Source: Eledone cirrhosa (lineage: Eukaryota). Taken from it: a stretch of 64,000 bases of DNA. The stretch spans positions 21,080,001-21,144,000 of the forward strand of contig OZ024764.1 in assembly GCA_964016885.1 (NCBI GenBank), read 5' to 3'. The notes below the pieces were generated by a model. The model was not told the DNA's origin and ran no database searches. It saw nothing but the letters and a program-made list of their open reading frames with translations. The position numbers were made by a program, and so were the translations under genes. This document shows positions 54,700-64,000 of this stretch, piece by piece (position 1 is the stretch's first letter; every line of letters starts with the position of its first letter).

Positions 54700-54800
54700 C
54701 ACTGACACCCCTCAGGGTAGACTGAACCAACACTTACACCCCCCCCCCCCAGGGTGGACTGAACCAACACTAACACCCCTCATGGTGGATTGAACCAACA
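54700..54800. repeat. Short tandem repeat (3 copies, about 35-40 bp)
   Basis: ACACCCC..CAGGGT.GACTGAACCAACA repeated. Confidence 0.7.
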
Positions 54801-54959
54801 TTTACCACAGGTCTATAAATAACTGTATTACCCTATCATGATACTATAACATTATAAACCTAAAACTCTGTGATTGTGTCTTGTCTCTAATGTAATACAG
54901 CCAAAACTGGGCATAATGGGAAAATAGTTTGAAAGGAAGTTGACCCCGAAATGTGAAAG

Positions 54960-56336
54960 CTGTACCAGCCATGTATAGGGGAGCAGTCAGCAGAGTTAGC
55001 ATTAGCAATGACTAGAGAGAGGAATTTAGCATACGGGTCAGTGTCCACCAGGGCTCTGTTCTTAGCCCTCTCCTGTTCATCATAGTTCTGCAGGCAATAA
55101 CGGAGGAGTTTAAGACCGGATGCCCATGGGAACTCCTGTATGCAGATGACCTCGCACTTATAGCTGACTCTATGGTAGAACTAGAGAAGAAATTCCAAAC
55201 TTGGAAGCAGGGACTAGAAAGAAAGGGTCTCAAAGTCAACCTGACAAAGACTAAGGTCTTTGTAAGTAGACGAGAAAGCAGAACCCAGATCCCTCAGGGA
55301 AATGGCCTTGCTTAGTATGTGGGAAAGGTGTAGGTAGGAACTCCGTCCTCTGCCCCAAATACAAACAATGGGTACACAAGATATGTAGCGGGATCTCAGG
55401 AAGCTTAATTAAGAATGTAGCATGCTTCACATGTAGCAGTTGTGCTGGGACAGCAAGCAGCAAACAGCCACAGGAAATAAGTACCACCAATCTCTGGGAG
55501 GGCTCTGTAGAAACAGTAGACAGCTTCTGTTACCTAGGTGACCGAATTAGGAGCGGTGGTGGGTGTTCGGAAAGTACAATGACTAGGGTAAGAACGGGAT
55601 GGAAGAAGTTCATGACTGTATGATGCGTGCATACAAACAGCAATGTTGCATGGTAGTGAGACCTGGGTGCTGAAGGTGGAAGACTTATGCAGATTAGAAA
55701 GAAACGAAGCCTGCATGCTCTGTTGGATGTGTAATAGTAATATACGTGAACGGCAAAGCATAAACGAATTGAGAGAGAGGCTGAGCATAAGAGGAATCAA
55801 ATGCTGTGTGCAGGAGAGGCGGTTGCGTTGGTATGGACATGTGATGCGTATGAAGGATGACAGCTGCATAAAAAGGTGCAGAGCACTAGAAGTCGATGGA
55901 AGCCATGGAGAGACCCAAGAAGACCTGGGATGAGGTGATAAAAGCCGACCTTACCCAATTACACCTCTCTAAGGCGATGACACACGACCGTGACCTCTGG
56001 CGTCATGCAGTAATACAGAAGACCCGACCACCCCACGGGTACAAGCTGAAGCATATAGACAATATGCCCCCACGCCCTCGTGGAGGTACCACGGTAAAAA
56101 AGCACCCAGCCCACACTGTAAAGTGGACATGTAGGCACCACGGAAATAAAGCACCCAGCACTCACTGTAAATGAGGTTGGTGTTAGGAAGGGCATCCAGC
56201 TGTAGAAATCAAGCCAGAATCAGTTCCCTTATGAGCAAGACAAAATCAGCTGACCGGACACTGCCCAAAACAGGACAACCTGTCCGACCCATGCTAGCAT
56301 GGAAGAAGGGACGTAAAACGGTGATGATGATGATGA
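54960..56336 (+). mobile_element. Second RTE subfamily 3' half, followed by a SINE-like tail ending (GAT)n
   Basis: VHQGSVLSPLLF, LYADD, LHGSETW, ERRLRWYGHVMRM, RPKKTW; tail GGACGTAAAACGGTGATGATGATG. Confidence 0.85.
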
Positions 56337-56445
56337 TATATATATATAGAGAGAGAGCTGGTGGTGTTGTTGAACGAAATTATTACTTGTGTGTGTGTGT
56401 GTCTGTGACTAGGGTATTAAGGCCACAGACACACACACATATATA

Positions 56446-57296
56446 CAGGGTGCGGACGATATTTGTTCGCAAGATTACTGTCTAGGAAAAATTAAGACAG
56501 TAGTTTTATTTTTTAAGATATATTTATCAAACTTGTGTCAGTTTGTCTTCATGACTTGTTCTTTCGATCTCACTCCATAAACCCGCCATTGGCTTTGATG
56601 ACGGCCTCGGAACCAGCTACAGGCCTTCGTCACTGTCCCCCGACTTAGGCCCCTAAAGGCACTTGTGATCCTGGCCTTCAGATCGCCTTTCGTATTGCAG
56701 CTACATCTGTTGGTGTCTCGTTCCACTGCGCCCCACACAAAGAAGTCGAGGTGGTTGCAGTCAGGCGAGCTGGGAGGCCAGATATCAGGTGAAGTGTGGT
56801 CGACGAAGTTCTCTGACAGCCAGGCTTGGGTCTTGCTGCCACACGTACAGCCTACCTGCAGCTACCTGGTCGATCCAGGGCTTTACTACCTCGCTCAGAA
56901 CGTGGATGTAGCCATCGGTGTTCAGCTTGAGGTCCTCAGGGAAGAAGTGAGGTGGCTTGACGTCACCTTGACTGCTGATGACACCAAAGACCAATGTTAT
57001 CGCTGGAAACTTTGTCTGCATGACTCTGGGCAGGTCTTTGGATGAGACAGCGAGCCACCTGTTGTTCTGGGAGTTGATCTTCTGGTCCTTATTTGTCCTC
57101 CAGGCGCGGATTCCAAGAGGAACTCTGTCTCTTCCACAAATTTGGAGGTTCTAAATTATTCATAATCAATTATTCGGAAAATAAATAATGGAAATATAGT
57201 CACTGTTTTTATGAAGACAAGAGTGACAACGGAAGTAAAAAAAATTTGCATAAAATTAGCAGTTGAAAATTGCGAACAGATATCGTACACACCCTG
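56446..57296 (-). mobile_element. Tc1/mariner (maT/DD37D-like) element, internally deleted
   Basis: TA|CAGGGTG.G.ACGATAT.TGTTCGCAA TIRs at both ends with TA; DQKINSQNNRWL, VFGVISSQG, WQQD, WPPSSPDCN.LDFFVWG. Confidence 0.85.
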
Positions 57297-59983
57297 TATA
57301 TACACACACACGCATATATATAATTATATATATATGGGCCTAATAATTTCATTTTACATTATATACATGTCTGTGTATATTTTAATTATTTAAAAATTAT
57401 TTTTAAAGGGAACGTGACCCAACAGGTCACAGGTATTCTAGTAAGATTATAAATACAAACACACAAAAAGATAGAATCTACTCAAACGTTAATATCTCAG
57501 ACCCCAGTAGATTACTGGAACTTTAATTTATCCACACCGTTAGATTGAAAGACAAAGTTAACTTTGGTGGGATTTGAACTCATAACATAAAGGGTTGAAA
57601 TCCCGCCGAGGTTAGCTTTGCCCTTCATCTTTACGGGGTTGATTTAAGATCTAATAATAGTTTCTGATTTAGACACAAGGTCGACAATGTTTGGGGGGGA
57701 ATAAGTTGATTAAATCAAACACAGTTACTGTGAGATCACTTCTTTGATAGTTTGTTTAAAAATAACTGATTCACAATTTACGTATGAAAAGTTGACAAAG
57801 ATTTACAAGTGGTGTTATCAATAAATAGGGCCTTCAAAGTAGCAGGAAACGACTAGATTTGTAGATAAAGAAGTGGGAGACAGGATTATCAGAGTTTAAA
57901 AGAGCTACACACTTCTCCAGTTGGCTGGGAAATAATTATCTTTCCTTAATTTTATTTCTCGACCTCTTAGATGTTTGCCATCAACTATTCTTCCTGACAA
58001 TGGATACCCTAACCCTAATACTGGGGAATAAATCGTCTCCTGCAAGTATCTAAGGGGTTCAGAGAAAATACTCGTGAGGGTACCTGGTTATTTCAGCACC
58101 TTAGCCTCACCTGACCGAGGTATCAGGTGCTACCCGTGAGAGTACCTGGTTATTTCAGCACCTTAGCCTCACCTTACCGAGGTGTCAGGTGATACCCGTG
58201 AGATTACCTGGTTATTTCAACACCTTAGTAATGCTGCCAGTGTGTTGGCTTGCCTCAAAGTGTGTAGTTAACCCCTAAGGTGTGAGGTGTGGCCTATTAT
58301 CACACTTGGTGGTGAATTGCCATCTCCCACTGTGTTTTTCTTTCCTTTATCATTATCGTTCAATAAATTATATTATTATACACAGTTTAGACAATATATT
58401 TGTAATGTCTTTCTCAAGGAATTGCCAGCAATTTATAATGTTATTTACACACTTATGTTATTTATGTATATATTTAAAACATATTTACAACGTTATTCTA
58501 CTGTAAATTTATACAATTGTAATAAAATATATTAATTATAACATCACATAATATAAAAACGACCTTTAGAATATTTAAATATTTAGTTTTGTTAATTTAT
58601 TTTTCAGCAACAACAAAAGTTTTCACTTTAATTAATTAGAGGTAGGTAAAATATAGATAATTACGATAACATTTTATATTTCCAGTAATGAAACAAACAA
58701 GAAAATATATATTTGTGATGTGAAAAGTGAGCTTAAATCTAGAATATTAATAGACATAATACTTACATTATAGTCTCAGGTGTTTAGTATTTACAGAAAT
58801 GTTGTCTAAATGATGTTGTAGGAAGACTAACACGTGGACAGTAAGTCGACAACTGCGCATGCTTCAAGGTTTTTTTGTGACGTAAAATATTTTTACGGAA
58901 TTAAATTATGTAAAGTTTGTAATAGAAAAATGAAGTTGAAAACAGTAAATGTAATTAAAATAGAGAAAGTAAGGTGTTGGTGGTGAGGAATGGACGGTAG
59001 ACGTTTCACCTCAGTCTAGGTAGTGTATTTTACCTGTGTCACTCGGACAGCGATGACCACTACACCAACCACTCTCTCCTTCAGGTGGTGTCCACTTTCG
59101 TGAGTCTGTAGAATAACAGGGCAGTTGGAAGACAGAGGACAGCAGAGGAGGTCTTGACTTGAAAAGAGTATCACTTGATACTTCGATATAACCTGTTGGT
59201 AGATATAGTAGGGTGCTGGATCAATCGAATACCCTGTAAGATCGGGTAATATGGAGGCTAAGTTGCCTGAAAAGCTAAGTACCCTGACAGAGATCACCTG
59301 GTATAACTTTTATTTCGTTCGTCTGCAGAAGCAGTGACCCTCACTTTTACTACAGCATGTAGGATGTGGGAGGGAGACGAAAACATCACTAACTGGGGTC
59401 TCACAAATGTGACAGTTAGTTTTGAAAATACATATACAAGATACAAGATAAATGACTAGACTGAAATATATTTGATAGGGAATAAAGAGTAGAATATTCT
59501 AGTCTGTGGTGTTGGAGAAGTTTGGAGGTGATAGGTCCCTGACAACGAGGTTCTTGTTATCGTTGGCAGCTCTCCTTACCGAGGTGTCAGGTGATACATA
59601 TGAGGGTGTTTGGTAGTTCCAACATCTTAGCCTTGCTATCACTCGAGGTAAGACTGTCTCAGAAAGTATTAGAGGGAGATTCCGGCACCCCATGTGATGT
59701 GATACTGATTGACAGAGTGTTGACTTAATATTTTCATTTGTTGTGATTCTATGTGAAATATATCTCTATGTAAGTAACTTGGTTACGTGAATCATTGTGA
59801 ATCTCGTAAATACTTAAACAGAAATCTACTTAGGACACAAAATAAAGTAGATTCCATTGTACAAAGTATTTAAAGTACGTATATCAAAAAGAAGAGGGAA
59901 TGTAACGAGAGTTGTCTCCCCTTACATATGTAATACAGTAGTGTATGTTTGTGTTTCTCTCTCTCTCTATATATATATTTTAT

Positions 59984-60193
59984 GATCGACTTTTCGTCAA
60001 ATCGGACCGAGGAAACAATGTTTCCATTGGTATTTCCAATTGCTAATACTATCTATCGGTCGCAACTCCAGGTAGAAGGAGCAACGTGAATTAAGTGTCT
60101 TGCTCAAGGACATAACACATCGCCCAGTCTGGGTATCGAACTCACAACCTCACAATTCCGAATCCAATTATCTAACCACTCAGCCACACGCCT
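59984..60193 (-). mobile_element. Near full-length copy of the same tRNA-derived SINE
   Basis: Minus strand has A box TGGCTGAGTGG, B box GTTCGATACC and GTCCTTGAGCAAGACACTT; 3' part matches 3020-3115. Confidence 0.72.
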
Positions 60194-60853
60194 TCATATA
60201 TATATATGAAAAAGATCTCGTTTTTTTACAAAAACAATATAAAATAATAGAAGGTGGAGAAGTTAAAACAGCTCAACATACAGTAATTTATTATAATAAA
60301 CACTACAAAAGACTGTCTCATACTTCTTTGAAAGATGTTTTCAAACAAACACGTGTACAAAATCCTATTGTGTTAAAAGTAATAATTACGTATGAAACAA
60401 ATTATTCATTAAAGTAATTAGCAAATACGTTTTATATATGGTGTCTAGCAAGGGGACCCACTCGCCTCACTCCTATTGGTGCTGACAGTTGACAACATGG
60501 TCTAGTTACCCCTGTCTGGTACCTAGATGACACAACCCTGGGTGGCCCGGCTGTGTCAGGTTAAGGCCTCTCTATACCCCAGTATATTACAGTCCAACAT
60601 AACTGGGATGACATCAATTGTAGGTCTCTTCACACCGGTCACCATCGAGACCTCAGAAGTACTTGGACCCCGTACTGCCAAGCTCCTCTGTAAGATCAGA
60701 ACGTTGGTGGCTCTTCTGAAGAGGGAGCCTCAAGAGGTTGGAGTGGCTGTTGCATGAAATGTAGTCTTTGTCTCATGTGGTGACCTCCTGGTAGTTAATG
60801 TAGCAGAACACACTGAAGGACATGCTGCCCTCACTAGTGTTGGTAACCTACAT

Positions 60854-62894
60854 CAGACATGTCAAACATGCGGCCCTTTGCAAGCAAACCTGCGGCCCAC
60901 ACAAAGGTTTTTACAGTGCGACCATGTTTCATTTTCGTAATATAAAATTTAGAACATTTTCGATACAATTGTTTTTTTGGTGCAATTTTTGTCAACTACT
61001 TTTAACTTCCATTAATCACGTGCAGCTCATTAACAGAAAACTTTCTTTCAAAATTTCAAAAGATTTTGTTTTTGAAATGGTTAGTGCTCCTCCAGCTAAG
61101 AGAAAAAGGAAATTGAACGAAGAAGGGCAAGTCTTTCAAGAAAAGTGGGAATTACAGTATTTTTGCCCAATGGTGAACAGAAAGATACACTGTTTAATTT
61201 GCAACAACTACATCTCAACACCAAAAGAGTACAATTTAAAAAGACATTATGAAACAAACCCTCGATCTTACGATAAATATGAAGGCCCAATGTGTGTTTC
61301 AAGACTCAAGGAATTGAAGTCTAACTTGACACAGCAACAGACCTGTTTTATGTTAATTCAGGAAGAGGATGTGACTTCTGTTACTGCAAGCTATGAACTC
61401 AGTCAAATGATTGCCATGAGTGGGAAATCTTACAGTGAAGGAGATTTTGTAAAGCAATGTCTTGTAAAAACAGCTGAAATTGTCCAGAGAAAGCAGAGTT
61501 ATTCAAAGACATTTCATTAACCAGGAACACTGTTGCTGAACAGATTAATGAAATGTCAGGTGATCTGAAACAACAGTTAAAGGCTGTATCATCAAGGTTT
61601 GAACATGTTTCTATTGCTATTGAAGAGACTTGACATCACTGGAATAGTACAGCTTGCATTCTTCATCAGGGCCTGTGACAGGGAATTTAATATTTATGAA
61701 AAACTGATTGAACTGGTCCCCATGCATGACACTATAACAAGCCAGGACATCTTTGAGAAGGTCAAGCAGGGTCTGCATGGTTTTGATCTGGGTAAACTTG
61801 CATGTTTATCTACTGACAGTGCTGCAGATATGGTTGGTAGACATAATGGTGTTGCTGCCAAGTTACAAACAAAAATAGAAAACTCATATCTAGATTCATC
61901 ATTTGCACATTTTCACTATTATTCATCAGCAAAATTTATGTTCAAAGATTTTAAAATTGCATCATGTGCTTAGCTTGGTCACAAAGACAGTGAACTAAAT
62001 CAGAGGCCGTGCTCTCAACCACCGTCAGTTCAGCCAGTTGTTGGAAGATATGGATAATCAGTTCACCGAAGTTCCATTCCACACAGAAGTCTGCTGGTTG
62101 ACATGTCACAAAGTGCTGAAAAGATTCTATTTGTTGAAATAATTGTTTTTGGAGATGAAAGGTCAAAACACAGATGAAATAAAAGATGAAAGTTGGCTCC
62201 AACATCTGGCTTTTGTTGTGGATATTACTGCACAATTAACTGATCTTAATTTGAAATTACAAGGTAAAAACAAACCCATCACTCAGTTGTATGATGACAT
62301 CAAGTTCTTCATTAGAAAACTTCGCTTATGGAAGTCTCCGTTGTCAGATGAAAATTTAATTCATTTTCTTATGTGCAAAGAGCTGAAAATCACTACCAAT
62401 ACTGAGTCTGTACTTAGCTTAACAAAAACTTCTCAGAGAACAAGGCTGACAGATCAACACTTGTCATCTCTAATTAAAGTTGGAACTGTACAGACATTTC
62501 AGCCAGATATACCAAACATTGTCAACAGAAAGAAGTGTCAAGCCTCAGGACAAAACACTAAAAATGGTTGAATAGTAGCAAATAAATGTTCAGTTTTCAA
62601 CTGTTGTTATTTGTGTACAATGTATTTGTTGCTGTTACAATCTGCAAGTATATGTTGACATGTTAAATTTTAGTTTTTTGTCAAACTACTTCATTACTTT
62701 GTATTCATGAATGCTGCTAAAACATTTGTATGTACATTGTATGTTTCTAAATTTAAGTAACAAATCTTTCTGCAATATATTTTATTAAATGACTTTAATT
62801 AGTTGTTGTGTACATAATTAGTTGTAGTGTGCAACCCTCAGACAACACATGTGACCTATGTGGCCCTTGGGGAACCCTCAGTTTGTTATGCCTC
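60854..62894 (+). mobile_element. Duplicate of the same hAT insertion
   Basis: Same ACCTACAT TSD (60846-60853 and 62895-62902), same flanks and shared lesions. Confidence 0.92.
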
Positions 62895-63342
62895 ACCTAC
62901 ATGATAAACACACCCAACACAGGCTGTAATGTGGTTGGTCATGTGAAGGACATCTAGCTATAGAAAGCTTGCCCAACAATAGTGTCGGAGAACCCTTCAA
63001 TCATGACAAAGACATGACAACCTTTTCTGTGCACTCAGTAGCAAATGAGACCTTATGTAAATAAGTCTCAGATCCTTGGTCTGTCTGGGAGATCAGTAGC
63101 CTCACTTCAGTACTTACTTGGTTGAAGTAGACTCATTAAATCCTTGCTAGCAGGGAAATCTGATGTTGATTATGTAACCTCAACCTCTTCTTATTAACCC
63201 ACTTATTCCAGAGAGGGTCTTGGGGGCAGAGTCCTCAAACACTCCCTTCAACAGGTCCTTTCAGAAGCAACCCACTCCAACTGATCTGGCTGGATCTCCC
63301 AGAGAGACCAGCCAAGCTCATGGATGTTATGTGACCGTCTTG

Positions 63343-63729
63343 AGGTGGTCATATAGGAGATATGACAAAAAGCACCCAACCCACACTTTAAAGAACACAC
63401 AGTCAACATTATAAGGTGGTCATGTAGATGTTACGACAAAAAGTACCCAGCCCACACTGTAAAGTGGTCATGTAGGTGACAACAAAAAGAACCCAGCCAA
63501 AACTTTAAAGAGGTCTTGTAGGTGTCACAACAAAAAGCACCCATTGCAAACTGTAAAGTGGTCATGAAGGTGTCACAACAAAAAGTACCCAGTCTACACT
63601 ATAAAGTGGTTCTGTAGGTGTCACAACAAAAAGTACCCAGTCTACACTATAAAGTGGTTCTGTAGTTGTCACAACAAAAAGTACCCAGTCTACACTATAA
63701 AGTGGTTCTGTAGGTGTCACAACAAAAAG
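63343..63729 (+). repeat. 48-bp minisatellite; the SINE tail is deleted here
   Basis: Same motif; joins directly to GGTTCTTCTCTAAAA (equivalent to about 8297). Confidence 0.8.
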
Positions 63730-64000
63730 GTTCTTCTCTAAAAATATATAATTATCTTTTATATTAATGTTAATGATAAAGAATAAATAATATAATAAAT
63801 ATAACACCATAGGTGCTGAGGTGACTAGCTGCTGGTGTGAGCCTCACGAGATGGAATGGCTCTTCCAGCACATCTAGAACAACATGACCCTCTAATATCT
63901 AGTATTTAGTAACAAACTAGACCACCCGGGACCTGTTGGGTCACGTTCCCTTAAAACTATTTTTTTTAAATCATGTTCACTTAAAAATAATTTTCAAATA

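Larger units (their letters stand above)
58305..64000. repeat. Segmental duplication unit 4 (type B, runs off the window)
   Basis: 58305-59930 matches 682-2530; 60490-64000 matches 26226-31170. Confidence 0.88.

Noticed and set aside
59984-60193. tRNA genes at A/B-box sequences (also 2951 and 18741)
   Set aside because: No cloverleaf 3' half; they continue into SINE bodies.

Overview
Eukaryotic, AT-rich, repeat-dense animal DNA. The C2H2 finger style ([10 protein letters not shown]...HTGEKP) and the RTE/SINE families suggest a coleoid cephalopod such as Octopus; this is inference, not verified. The window is a tandem segmental-duplication array of about 17-21 kb units (starts near 1, 17417, 37476 and about 58305). 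Each complete unit carries one minus-strand zinc-finger-only gene whose coding sequence lies in a single exon (9, 11 and 7 fingers). The flanks are near-identical between units, but finger number and recognition-helix residues differ. Each also has a vestigial half-finger paralogous exon downstream, a motif-rich promoter-like module and several minisatellites. Co-duplicated decayed transposons include Tigger/pogo, RTE LINEs, a CRE-clade restriction-endonuclease LINE, a Buster-type hAT, a maT-like mariner, piggyBac-type and fold-back MITEs, and tRNA-derived SINEs. Paralogous units supply empty sites for several insertions. The most striking single element is a 5.3 kb Penelope-like (Naiad-type) insertion in a (TA)n tract: an intact RT-less GIY-YIG ORF between about 1.7 kb inverted repeats, each ending in a minimal hammerhead ribozyme. 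All coordinates were read by eye and may be off by a few bases.
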